Part shown: positions 1 to 8,415 of the stretch, piece after piece | Layout: the number at the start of each line of letters is the position of its first letter | Position numbering within the stretch: the stretch's first letter is position 1 | DNA from: Deltaproteobacteria bacterium | GTDB taxonomy: Bacteria; Desulfobacterota; JAENJC01 | Assembly (NCBI GenBank): GCA_016844545.1 | Contig: JAENJC010000001.1 | Span: 1 to 33,472 of the forward strand | DNA: 33,472 bases | Reading direction: 5' to 3' | The notes under the pieces: generated by a model | What the model was told of the DNA's origin: nothing | Databases searched by the model: none | What the model saw: only the letters and a program-made list of their open reading frames with translations | Program-made: the position numbers and the translations under genes

Positions 1-14
1 CTTGAGCTTATACT

Positions 15-209
15 ATGAAGATACGTGATGTCATAAAAATGATTGAATCGGATGGCTGGTATCTGGTTGTTACAAAAGGCAGTCATAGGCAATATAAACA
101 TCTTGTAAAACCAGGAAGGGTAACAATTGCCGGGCATCCAAGTGATGAATTGGCGCCGGGGACATTAAATAGTGTTCTGAAACAGGCAGGACTAAAGGAG
201 GTAAACTAA
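15..209 (+). CDS. hicA: HicA-family toxin (type II TA mRNA interferase)
   Basis: 64-aa ORF. MKIRDVIKMIESDGW..KGSHRQYKH..GTLNSVLKQAGL fits the HicA/YcfA signature, including the GSH block. Its stop lies 1 nt before the hicB ATG. Confidence 0.85.
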   Translation: MKIRDVIKMIESDGWYLVVTKGSHRQYKHLVKPGRVTIAGHPSDELAPGTLNSVLKQAGLKEVN

Positions 210-210
210 T

Positions 211-423
211 ATGCATCGTTTTCTTGTAGTAATTGAAAAAGCAAACGGCAACTATTCTGCATATTCGCCGGATTTGCCTGGGTGTGTGGCGACGGGAGCT
301 ACGCGTGAAGATGTGGAAAAGAATATTCACGAGGCTATTGAGCTTCATGTGCATGGGCTTCAGGAGGACAATCAAGAAATCCCGGAGTCTCATTCGTTTG
401 CGGAATATGTGGCTGTCCTATAG
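211..423 (+). CDS. hicB: HicB-family antitoxin (short UPF0150 type)
   Basis: 70-aa ORF. YSAYSPDLPGCVATGATREDVEKNIHEAIELHV is the typical HicB N-domain. Toxin-first order and tight coupling to hicA. Confidence 0.8.
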   Translation: MHRFLVVIEKANGNYSAYSPDLPGCVATGATREDVEKNIHEAIELHVHGLQEDNQEIPESHSFAEYVAVL

Positions 424-499
424 CCAAGGGTGGGCTGCGTCTCCAAAACCATGAATTCGTGGAGTTCTTTGGTGGAATCTATTCTGCGGAGAGAATACA

Positions 500-1513
500 A
501 TGATTAAAGAAACCATTGCAAAGGTTGTAGAAAAAAAGAACCTTACAGAAGATGAGATGGTCTCGGTCATGCGGGAGATCATGGAGGGTGAGGCGACACC
601 GGCCCAGATAGCATCGATCATCACTGCCCTGAGGATGAAGGGCGAGACTGTGGATGAGATTACAGGGGCTGCAAGGGTAATGAGAGAGAAGGCGCTGAAG
701 GTAAAGACAAAGGCCTCTGTAGTAGTTGATACATGCGGGACAGGAGGGGATGAGTCTTTTACATTTAATATCTCTACTGCGGCGGCCTTTGTGGCTGCCG
801 GCGCAGGGCTGACTGTTGCAAAACACGGGAACAGGTCTGTATCAAGCAAGTCCGGTAGCGCCGATGTCCTGAAATCTCTTGGAGTAAACATTGAAGCCGA
901 GGTTGAGCGGGTCGAAGAGTGTCTTGATAACATAGGTATAGGGTTTCTCTTTGCGCCTCTTATGCACGGTGCGATGAAATATGCCGCCCCTGTGAGAAGG
1001 GAAATAGGGATAAGGACTATCTTCAATATACTTGGGCCCCTTACAAACCCGGCAGGGGCACAGTATCAGGTGCTGGGTGTTTACAGGAGCGAGCTTACTG
1101 AGGTACTGGCCAATGTCCTGAAAAACCTGGGTTCCGCCAGGGCATTCGTGGTTAGTGGAAACGACGGCTTGGATGAGATGACCCTGACAACCGAGACAAA
1201 GGTTTCTGAATTGAAGAACGGGACCGTGAATACATATTTTATTAAACCTGAAGAGTTTGGAATGAAGTCATGTAAGCTATTTGAGTTGCAAGGCGGCGAA
1301 CCTGATGACAACGCAAGGATAATCCGTCAGATATTGAAAGGCGATAAGGGGCCAAAGAGGGACGTGGTGGTGCTGAATGCAGCTGCGGCGATAGCCGCTT
1401 CAGGCAAGGCAAAGGACATAAAAGAAGGCATCAAACTTGCAGAAGAGGCCATTGACAGTGGGAAGGCGCTGGAGAAGCTGGAAAAATTGATTGAAATAAC
1501 GAGTAAGAAATGA
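500..1513 (+). CDS. trpD: Anthranilate phosphoribosyltransferase
   Basis: 337 aa, full length. Motifs [25 protein letters not shown] and [12 protein letters not shown]. Confidence 0.95.
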   Translation: MIKETIAKVVEKKNLTEDEMVSVMREIMEGEATPAQIASIITALRMKGETVDEITGAARVMREKALKVKTKASVVVDTCGTGGDESFTFNISTAAAFVAAGAGLTVAKHGNRSVSSKSGSADVLKSLGVNIEAEVERVEECLDNIGIGFLFAPLMHGAMKYAAPVRREIGIRTIFNILGPLTNPAGAQYQVLGVYRSELTEVLANVLKNLGSARAFVVSGNDGLDEMTLTTETKVSELKNGTVNTYFIKPEEFGMKSCKLFELQGGEPDDNARIIRQILKGDKGPKRDVVVLNAAAAIAASGKAKDIKEGIKLAEEAIDSGKALEKLEKLIEITSKK

Positions 1514-2316
1514 TCCTTGATGAAATAATACGTTATAAAAGAAAGGAATTAGAGGTCAGGAAGGCAGATATCCCCCTGAATATCTTAACAACAGCCATTT
1601 GGTCTCTACCTCTGCCCTTGAACTTTAAAGATGCCCTCTTGCCTTCACCAGACGGCAGATCTAGGATAATTGCGGAGGTAAAGAAGGCCTCCCCGTCCAA
1701 AGGTGTCATAAGAAAGGACTTCAATCACCTTGAGATTGCTGAAACATATGAGAAGAACGGGGCATCGGCCCTCTCTGTCCTCACTGACCGTAATTTCTTT
1801 CAGGGAAGCATAGATTATCTATCAGAGATAAGGCATCATGTTTCTATCCCCCTTCTGAGGAAAGACTTTGTCTTTGACGAATACCAGATATTCGAGGCGA
1901 GGGGGTATGGTGCTGATGCAGTCCTATTGATTGCTGCGGTACTGGATGAAAAAAAGTTGCATGATTTTGTAGAGCTTGCCTTTAATCTAGGAATGGCGCC
2001 TCTAGTGGAGGTTCACGACGAAGCAGAACTGGAAAGGACCTTAAAGACCAAGGCAGAACTTATTGGAATAAACAACAGGAATCTCCAGACCTTTAAGACT
2101 GATTTGAATACTACTATCAGGCTCATAGATAGAATCCCTGATGACAAGATTGTCATAAGTGAGAGCGGGATAAATACGAAGGACGATATAAACTTTCTGA
2201 AGAATGCCGGAGTTGATGCCTTTCTGATAGGTGAGGCGTTGATGAGGGAGGCAGATATAGGAAAGAAACTCAGGGAGTTTGTTTATGAGGGGACTGTCCC
2301 AGATTTACGGACGTAG
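1510..2316 (+). CDS. trpC: Indole-3-glycerol phosphate synthase
   Basis: 268 aa. [24 protein letters not shown] and INNRNL motifs. ATGA overlap with the trpD stop. The last codons (EGTVPDLRT) run into a repeat element. Confidence 0.93.
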   Translation: MILDEIIRYKRKELEVRKADIPLNILTTAIWSLPLPLNFKDALLPSPDGRSRIIAEVKKASPSKGVIRKDFNHLEIAETYEKNGASALSVLTDRNFFQGSIDYLSEIRHHVSIPLLRKDFVFDEYQIFEARGYGADAVLLIAAVLDEKKLHDFVELAFNLGMAPLVEVHDEAELERTLKTKAELIGINNRNLQTFKTDLNTTIRLIDRIPDDKIVISESGINTKDDINFLKNAGVDAFLIGEALMREADIGKKLREFVYEGTVPDLRT

Positions 2317-2349
2317 CTTAGCGAAGTCGTAGAACCGGGACTGTCCCAG
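2289..2349. repeat. 13-bp direct repeat GGGACTGTCCCAG x2 (2290-2302 and 2337-2349), each nearly self-complementary, between trpC and trpF
   Basis: Read directly. The first copy lies inside the last trpC codons. The two copies are separated by 34 bp. Confidence 0.75.
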
Positions 2350-2362
2350 TTCTGGGGGTACG

Positions 2363-2859
2363 ATGGTCAAAATAAAGATCTGCGGTATTACAAACCTTGA
2401 GGATGCCTAAAAGCATTGACTGGAATTGATATTGTTCAGCTTCATGGCGAGGAGACGCCGGAGATGTGCGAGACAATTGGGAATAAGGTTATAAAAGCGT
2501 TTTGGGTTGGTAGGGGCGGGGTTACCCCGCCCCTACATAATTACAAGGTAAGCGCCTATCTCCTTGATACGCACCGTGAGGGTCTTCCAGGAGGAACCGG
2601 AGAGACCTTCGACTGGGATGTGGCAATTGAGGCAAAGAGGTATGGCAGGATTATTCTTGCGGGGGGGCTCACGCCTGAGAATGTTTCTGAGGCAGTTAGG
2701 AAGGTGAGGCCTTATGCCGTTGACGTGGCAAGCGGAGTGGAAGAAAGACCCGGTAAAAAGAATATAAAGAGGGTGAAGGAGTTTATAGAAAGGGCCAAGG
2801 AAGTCTATTCAGTTCAGAATTATTGCCCTGGCCTCCCCGACGGTAAAAAGAGAGCCTGA
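2363..2859 (+). pseudogene. trpF: Phosphoribosylanthranilate isomerase remnant (frameshift plus internal deletion)
   Basis: ATG at 2363 gives [15 protein letters not shown], then TAA at 2408-2410. Another frame continues [44 protein letters not shown] (ORF 2416-2859). One extra C in GCC(C)TA would join the frames. Even so, about 55 aa found between EDALKA and DIVQLHGEE in TrpF orthologues as I recall them (e.g. T. maritima) are absent. Confidence 0.8.
2510..2536. repeat. 27-nt perfect palindrome GTAGGGGCGGGGT-T-ACCCCGCCCCTAC inside the trpF reading frame
   Basis: Read directly. Same GTAGGGG..CCCCTAC ends as the intergenic hairpins at 21160, 22848 and 24474. Confidence 0.85.
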
Positions 2860-4089
2860 AATAATTATCAAATCACTGTTTCTGGCCTTTGATCTTGCAT
2901 AACCTATTGCCTCCCTCAAATCCTCAAATGCAACAGAATTGCTGTTATGCTTCATTGCAACCGGTAACAACCCCGCAGCAGAAGAGGCCCTTTCATATCT
3001 CGGCCTTGAGAGTATGACTTCATGGGCCAGAGGGGCAAGTGGAGATATTATGGCGGCTATTTCCTTATCAGCCATTATCCCCATTATCAGGAACAGTCTG
3101 TCAAATTTAAGATCATCTGAGATAGCCTTGGCCAGAACCTCTGCCCCGGCAGGGTTGTGGGCGCCGTCAAGGATTATCCACGGGTCTTTAGAAACAGTCT
3201 CGAGCCTTCCTGGCCATGAAACCTTTTGAAGGGCGCTATATATTGCATCTCTGGGAATGGGAAATCCCCTGTCCCTTAGCAATTCTGCCACGGCAATAGC
3301 AAGAGATGCATTGTAAAACTGATGACTCCCTATAAGGTTGAGCCTGAGGTCATCAAAACTCTCCTTAACACCTTTATAAGAAAAGATATCTATCTCTTTC
3401 TTATGAAATGAAAAATCCGTCCCTAATTTATAGAGCGGCGCCTCTTTCTCTTTACATATATTTTCAATAACCAGTAAAGCAGAGGGCTGCTCCACTCCTG
3501 TCACAACCGGTATCCAGTCTTTTATGATCCCGGCCTTTTCATAGGCTATTGCCTCCAGGGTATCTCCAAGAAACTCCCTGTGTTCAATGGATACGTTGGT
3601 AATAACGGAAACAAGCGGCTTTATTACGTTTGTAGCATCAAGCCTACCTCCCATGCCAGTTTCCATTACCGCTATATCCACACCCTCCTCTGCAAAATAG
3701 AGGAGCGCCATTGCTGTCGTAAATTCAAAGAAAGTTATTTTACTCAGCTCTTCCCTGAACCTTGAATCTTGAATCTTTAACCTTAACTTTTCAGTAAGTT
3801 GAACTACTCGCTCCTCATCTATCTCTGTGCCGTTGATCTTTATTCTTTCGTTGAAGTTAATAAGGTGAGGAGAGGTGTAGAGGCCGACTTTGTAACCTGC
3901 TTCCTGAATTATTGATGCCACTATAACTGATGTAGAACCCTTTCCATTTGTACCAGCGATGTGGACTGTTTTTTTGGGGATATGCGGGTTGCCAAGGAGT
4001 TCTAAAAGATGGGTAATATTGGAGAGGCCGAACTTGATTCCGAATTTTTGCAGGCCAAAGAGGTAAGAGAGGGTTTCTTGGTATGACAT
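2809..4089 (-). CDS. folC: Dihydrofolate synthase / folylpolyglutamate synthase
   Basis: 426 aa. [12 protein letters not shown]-loop, Mur-ligase-like layout, typical FolC N-terminus ([12 protein letters not shown]). Confidence 0.93.
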   Translation of the reverse strand: MSYQETLSYLFGLQKFGIKFGLSNITHLLELLGNPHIPKKTVHIAGTNGKGSTSVIVASIIQEAGYKVGLYTSPHLINFNERIKINGTEIDEERVVQLTEKLRLKIQDSRFREELSKITFFEFTTAMALLYFAEEGVDIAVMETGMGGRLDATNVIKPLVSVITNVSIEHREFLGDTLEAIAYEKAGIIKDWIPVVTGVEQPSALLVIENICKEKEAPLYKLGTDFSFHKKEIDIFSYKGVKESFDDLRLNLIGSHQFYNASLAIAVAELLRDRGFPIPRDAIYSALQKVSWPGRLETVSKDPWIILDGAHNPAGAEVLAKAISDDLKFDRLFLIMGIMADKEIAAIISPLAPLAHEVILSRPRYERASSAAGLLPVAMKHNSNSVAFEDLREAIGYARSKARNSDLIIISGSLFTVGEARAIILN

Positions 4090-4101
4090 AAGTTATTATT
4101 G

Positions 4102-4164
4102 TCAGATGTTAGATGTTAGATATCAGATGTTAGGTTTCTCTAACACTAAATACTAACACTAACA
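4102..4164. repeat. Tandem heptamer-like repeats in imperfect dyad: (A)GATGTTA-type units x4, then TAACAC(T)-type units
   Basis: Read directly between the mogA stop and the folC start. GTTAG (4129-4133) pairs with CTAAC (4140-4144). The outer arms are only partly complementary. Confidence 0.6.
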
Positions 4165-4165
4165 A

Positions 4166-4601
4166 CTATTCCTGCGCGCATTCCGAAGGATCGCCTTTTA
4201 TCTTTTCCACTGCGTGGGAGATTGCCGGGAGTATGACAGAGAGGTTTTCCCTTACTCCCTTTGGGCTGCCGGGAAGGTTTATTATCAGTGTGCGGCCCCG
4301 GAGTCCTACAACAGCCCTCGATATCATGGCCCTCGGGGTTTTCTTCAGGCTCTCAAACCTCATTACCTCCGCCATCCCAGGTATCTCCTTGTCTATGACT
4401 TCGAGGGTGGCGTCGGGGGTAACATCCCTCGGGCTTACGCCTGTCCCCCCTGTTGTAATTATGATATCAAGTCCCAATTCATCCGCATATTCAATGAGCT
4501 TGTCCTTTATGAGCAAGCCTCTTTATCTCCACCCCGCTCAGGTCTTCCCTTTCTCCCCTGGCCCCTTTGTCGCTCAAGGTAAGGATCCCTACAGTTATCA
4601 T
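4166..4601 (-). pseudogene. mogA: Molybdopterin adenylyltransferase MogA/MoaB-like, frame-disrupted
   Basis: The ATG at 4601-4599 abuts the upstream stop (TAAATG). It reads MITVGILTLSDKGARGEREDLSGVEIKRLA and then hits TGA. The ORF 4166-4516, in another frame, has LIKDKLIEYADELGLDIIITTGGTGVSPRDVTPDAT..INLPGSPKG. About 20 aa normally lying between the two blocks are missing. Confidence 0.75.
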
Positions 4602-5627
4602 TTACTTTTCTTTCTCCTCTTCAACCTCTATGGTCAAATCATCTTCAACCGGCTTTTTCACAGCACCCTCTTCCTTCAACCACTCTTCAACCAGACGCCC
4701 TTCCTCAAACTCCTCGTTGGTCAAGGGGCCCAATCCACTCTTCTCCTTCTGATCCTCTTTCTTTGCTTCAAGTTGGGGCTCTTCAGTTTTTGGGGGGAAG
4801 AGTTCTTCCACCTTTATCGAGATATTTATGGAAAACTCCCTTTCCACATCCTTCAGCCTGAAGCGAAGGGGTATCCTGTAAAGGTTGTTAGTTATCCTCT
4901 CCGCATCACCAGCCTGCAAAGTTCCAAGCTCCCCTTCAACATCCGGGGAACTGGGGGGATGTGATACTGCCAGGTCAAATCCGGCCTCCCTGGCAGCCTC
5001 AATGCCTGCTTCAGGGGCAATGACACCGGAAGGGATCTGTTCCGGTTTCTCCCTGAGGTTCCTGAGAACCATCTTAGCCACAGCAGAAAGGGTCTCCATA
5101 ACCCCCTTCCCTTCCAGAGCAACGGCCTCAAAGAACGGGGCATTATACTTATTCAGCTTTTTATACATCTCCTCCAAAGGGACAGCATTTGAGAGATCTC
5201 TCTTGTTGAACTGGATCACATGGGGCATCCTCTCCAGCGTCTTGCCGTATACATTCAGGTTCTCCTCAAGATTCTTGAGGCTCTCGATGTTGGCATCCAT
5301 CATCTGTCTCTGAGAATCGGCAACAAATACCACACCGTCAGTCCCCTTTAGCACCATCTTTCGTGTAGCATTATAAAATACCTGCCCAGGAACGGTATAT
5401 AAGTGAAACCTCGTCTTAAAACCCTTAACCTCACCAAGGTCTATTGGCATAAAGTCGAAGAACAAGGTTCTGTCAGTCTGAGTGGCAAGGCTCACTAGCT
5501 TGCCCTTCTGCTCCGGCTTCATCTTTTTGTAAATGTAATCGATGTTGGTCGTCTTGCCTGATAGGCCTGGGCCGTAATAGACTATCTTTGCATTCACTTC
5601 CCTGTTGGAGTAGCTAAGTAGAGCCAT
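4602..5627 (-). CDS. mglA: MglA-type Ras-like GTPase with a ~145-aa acidic C-terminal extension
   Basis: The first ~195 aa are collinear with Myxococcus MglA as I recall it (KIVYYGPGLSGKTTN, RTLFFDF, FHLYTVPGQVFY, QFNKRDL). Residues ~196-341, encoded at ~4605-5042, are extra. Confidence 0.85.
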   Translation of the reverse strand: MALLSYSNREVNAKIVYYGPGLSGKTTNIDYIYKKMKPEQKGKLVSLATQTDRTLFFDFMPIDLGEVKGFKTRFHLYTVPGQVFYNATRKMVLKGTDGVVFVADSQRQMMDANIESLKNLEENLNVYGKTLERMPHVIQFNKRDLSNAVPLEEMYKKLNKYNAPFFEAVALEGKGVMETLSAVAKMVLRNLREKPEQIPSGVIAPEAGIEAAREAGFDLAVSHPPSSPDVEGELGTLQAGDAERITNNLYRIPLRFRLKDVEREFSINISIKVEELFPPKTEEPQLEAKKEDQKEKSGLGPLTNEEFEEGRLVEEWLKEEGAVKKPVEDDLTIEVEEEKEK

Positions 5628-6185
5628 TTAATGTCCTGTCTTTTTAGCCTGCTTCTGGGCCTTTGCCATTAGTGTCCTCCTGGCAGCGGATACAAGGGCT
5701 CCAGGTATCCCCTTGGCCTTGGCAACGTCGGCAAGCTCTTTATCGCTAAGCTTTTGCATTAACTGCATACTTATTCCAACCGGAGTCCTGGGATTATTCA
5801 CAAGGGCCACGAGTATTTCATGACTCCTCATCCATGTCTTGTTCATTGATATAAGCCGTAAGACCTCATCACTGACATTCCTTGATTTTGCGTAGGTAAG
5901 CGCTTCGGCATCATTGAGCTTTGGGCTCTTCATGACCGCTGAGCAAACAAGCTTATTGGGGTCCTTGACAAGGATGCTCCTCGCCTCTTTGTTCCCTTTG
6001 AGCGCAAGCTGTACCTTCTGAGATATTCTCATGGTAAGGATCTGCTGGTAAATGCTTTTGTGTTTCTCCTCCGGGGCCTTTTCTTCTTCCCCTTCCTCCA
6101 CAAGCTCCTTGGGGAAGGTGACCTCTTCACCCTCTATCTTTATTTCTGCTGGTTCTTCAGTCATTACCTTCTCTTCATCCATCAT
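5628..6185 (-). CDS. Hypothetical protein with acidic N-terminus and LRV/HEAT-like ~24-aa helical repeats
   Basis: The ORF extends to 6203 with a TTG start. AAGGAG lies just upstream of the ATGATG at 6185-6180, so the start is probably there. The stop abuts the mglA ATG. Repeats resemble ..NP(K/R)TP.. leucine-rich-repeat-variant units. Family assignment is tentative. Confidence 0.6.
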   Translation of the reverse strand: MMDEEKVMTEEPAEIKIEGEEVTFPKELVEEGEEEKAPEEKHKSIYQQILTMRISQKVQLALKGNKEARSILVKDPNKLVCSAVMKSPKLNDAEALTYAKSRNVSDEVLRLISMNKTWMRSHEILVALVNNPRTPVGISMQLMQKLSDKELADVAKAKGIPGALVSAARRTLMAKAQKQAKKTGH

Positions 6186-6211
6186 CGGCTCCTTAGTTTG
6201 CAAGCAACTAC

Positions 6212-6291
6212 TGTCATGCCCGAAAGCTTTTGTCGGGCATCCATATCCTCTTTAAACCCTGGATTCCCGCTTAAGTACTGCGGGAATGACA
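6212..6291. repeat. Pair of REP-like hairpins in inverted orientation (BIME-like)
   Basis: Hairpin 1 is 6216-6240: ATGCCCGA, 9-nt loop, TCGGGCAT. Hairpin 2 is 6263-6287: ATTCCCGC, 9-nt loop, GCGGGAAT. Flanks are TGTCAT.CCCG and its complement CGGGAATGACA. Confidence 0.75.
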
Positions 6292-6303
6292 ATCTTATTT
6301 TTA

Positions 6304-7044
6304 TTATTTGATCATCTCCGGTTTAAACCCCAGCTTTTCCAGACGTCCGGACAAGGCCTTTGCATCCTCCTCACTCTCTGACCCGGCAATCAACTGATAG
6401 ACCTTAACTCTGATTTCTCTCTTTTCAACCACCGGCGTATAACCGAGCTTTTCAAGGTCTGCCTTGTTAGCATTAGATATCGTCTCATTCAGGTTCGAAA
6501 CGGCGTAGACCTTGTAAACATCCTTCTTCCGTACCACAAAAGGATCATAGCCGTTCTCTTTCAGCCCGGCAACGATACTATTGGCCTCATCCTTATCTTT
6601 CACCTCTTTGGCAAGAATCCTGTTCATCATGAGTTTCTTCTTCATCTCTTTTACTTCATGAGGGATATCTTTCAGCTTCCCCCTGGCTGTCTCAACCTCA
6701 TACCTGGCGGCGTATGTCCCGATAATTACAGCAAGCCCTTCTTTAGCCCCGGCTTCAGGCTTTACCTCAGCCTTGGTCTCAACCATGGGTTTAGCCTTCA
6801 CCTCTTCCACAGCTGTAACAGGGGCCTCTTTTATCGGGATTCTCACCGGAGCCGGCGGAACAGCCGGTTCCTCTTCCTTCAGCAGAAAGAAGTTCGCAGC
6901 AAGCGCCACAATAATCAGCAGGAGCCCTATGAGCAGAAGTTTTTTATTGCTCTTCTTTGGCGCCTTTGACGTCTCCTCAAAACCCTCAAACTCATCCCCA
7001 GTTGACTTCCCTTCCTCTTCGTCAAATAATCCTTTCTGGTCCAT
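6304..7044 (-). CDS. Membrane-anchored SPOR-domain protein
   Basis: 246 aa with one TM segment (LLLIGLLLIIVALAANFFLL). The C-terminal units VYKVYAVSNL..ADLEKLGY and VYQLIAGSESEEDAKALSGRLEKLGFKPEMI look like SPOR repeats. Confidence 0.7.
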   Translation of the reverse strand: MDQKGLFDEEEGKSTGDEFEGFEETSKAPKKSNKKLLLIGLLLIIVALAANFFLLKEEEPAVPPAPVRIPIKEAPVTAVEEVKAKPMVETKAEVKPEAGAKEGLAVIIGTYAARYEVETARGKLKDIPHEVKEMKKKLMMNRILAKEVKDKDEANSIVAGLKENGYDPFVVRKKDVYKVYAVSNLNETISNANKADLEKLGYTPVVEKREIRVKVYQLIAGSESEEDAKALSGRLEKLGFKPEMIK

Positions 7045-7200
7045 CTCATCCTCCTTAGATATTTTAAGGTTACAAGCTTTAGACTAGTTCAAGTAATCTA
7101 ATATCACACTTTTTCCTCATCATTCAAGCTTTTAATAGATGGTCACATCTTTGGCAAAATTACCTTCTTCCAAAAAAGGCTTTGGGTTATAATAGCAGCC

Positions 7201-8388
7201 ATGTTAGATATCGCCAAGCTGTTTTCTGTCCTTGCCCTTATTTCATACCTTTTAAGAAAAAAGTTCCGCATCGGGAACGTCCTTCTTGCTGCATCCGCAT
7301 TACTTGCCCTGCTGTACTTTATGTCACCCCATAAGATTGCTATAGCGATTGGGGCCGCTGCCACGAACCAGGTCACCATAAAGCTAACCCTTTCATTGAC
7401 CTTAATAAGGGTCATTGAGCTTTTGCTTCGCGAAAATAACGTCTTGAGCGAAATGATGCAGGCATCCAAGTCCCTCTTAAGGAACCGGAAACTCATAATA
7501 ATCTCCATGCCCCTCCTCATAGGGATGTTGCCCTCTCTTGGAGGCGCTTACTTTTCTGCCCCAATGGTGGAAGAGTCCACAAAGGGGTTGAAGATATCCA
7601 AAGAAGAAAAGGGGTTTATCAACTTCTGGTTCAGGCATCCCTGGGAGTTTGCGCTTCCCCTGTATCCAGGTATACTCCTTGCCTCAGCCATCTCCGGCAT
7701 AGAGTTAAGGTCCTTAATCCTTGCTAATCTCATCTATGCCGTTACAATGTTGGTAACCGGATTCATATTCAGCATGAAAGGCACAAGTGGGACGATAGAT
7801 ACAGCAAGGGTTTCCAGAGAAGGCCTGCTTAGCTTCCTGCCTATTACATCAATAATCCTGCTCGTGATTCTTTTCAATGTGGAGCTGCAGATGGCCCTTT
7901 TATTGCTCTCAGTCGTCCTCTTCCTGTATTACAGATATTCGGTTCCCAGAATTTTCAGTGCAATAAGGCATGGATTGTCACTTGACGTGGTATTGCTGAT
8001 CCTGGGTGTGATGCTTTTCAAGGAATTGATGGAAAAGACAGGGGCAGTGAACAATATAGGTGAGCTTCTGATATCCTGGGGGATCCCTCTTATACCGCTG
8101 CTGGTCATACTACCTTTTATCAGCGGCCTTCTTACGGGTGTGACAGTGGGGTTTGTAAGCAGCACCTTCCCTCTGCTGATGCACCTTATGCCCGGCTTCC
8201 CGATAGTGGCAGTATCATTAGCCTTTGCGTCAGGCTTTATAGGCGTCCTCCTGTCTCCGGTCCATGTATGCCTTGTACTTACGAGGGAATATTTCAGCGC
8301 AGATATGTGGGGGATTTACAGAAAGATGTTGCCCGCATGCGCCATTCTATTTGTTGTTGCTGTAATAGAATACGTTATCTTGAGATGA
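7201..8388 (+). CDS. Polytopic membrane protein, probable permease (DUF401-like; family tentative)
   Basis: 395 aa, hydrophobic throughout with about 10 or more predicted TM segments. No SD. TATAAT lies 7 nt upstream of the ATG. Confidence 0.55.
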   Translation: MLDIAKLFSVLALISYLLRKKFRIGNVLLAASALLALLYFMSPHKIAIAIGAAATNQVTIKLTLSLTLIRVIELLLRENNVLSEMMQASKSLLRNRKLIIISMPLLIGMLPSLGGAYFSAPMVEESTKGLKISKEEKGFINFWFRHPWEFALPLYPGILLASAISGIELRSLILANLIYAVTMLVTGFIFSMKGTSGTIDTARVSREGLLSFLPITSIILLVILFNVELQMALLLLSVVLFLYYRYSVPRIFSAIRHGLSLDVVLLILGVMLFKELMEKTGAVNNIGELLISWGIPLIPLLVILPFISGLLTGVTVGFVSSTFPLLMHLMPGFPIVAVSLAFASGFIGVLLSPVHVCLVLTREYFSADMWGIYRKMLPACAILFVVAVIEYVILR

Positions 8389-8415
8389 GACCGAAAAGGG
8401 GACAGATGTTCATAC

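Noticed and set aside
424-499. trp leader peptide, attenuator or T-box upstream of trpD
   Set aside because: The gap is only 76 nt. It has no Trp-codon mini-ORF, no terminator/antiterminator pair and no T-box-like sequence.
418-1026. 202-aa minus-strand ORF opposite trpD. Similar long antisense ORFs occur at 4233-4964(+), 21898-22851(+), 28924-29532(+) and 32717-33325(-).
   Set aside because: Each lies entirely antisense to a confidently identified gene (trpD, mogA/mglA, secD, recN, rarA). They have low-complexity Ser/Pro/Leu-rich composition and no recognisable motifs, so they are shadow ORFs.
4102-4164. Possible CRISPR-like or minisatellite array
   Set aside because: The units are only about 7 nt, there are no spacers and no cas genes, and the total length is about 60 nt. 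It is not a CRISPR array.
4780-4870. PilZ-like RxxxR ... N-x-S motif (RIPLR..INIS) in the MglA C-terminal extension
   Set aside because: The spacing is about 13 aa, shorter than the canonical 20-30 aa. The second motif lacks the glycines of D/NxSxxG. The match is too weak to call.
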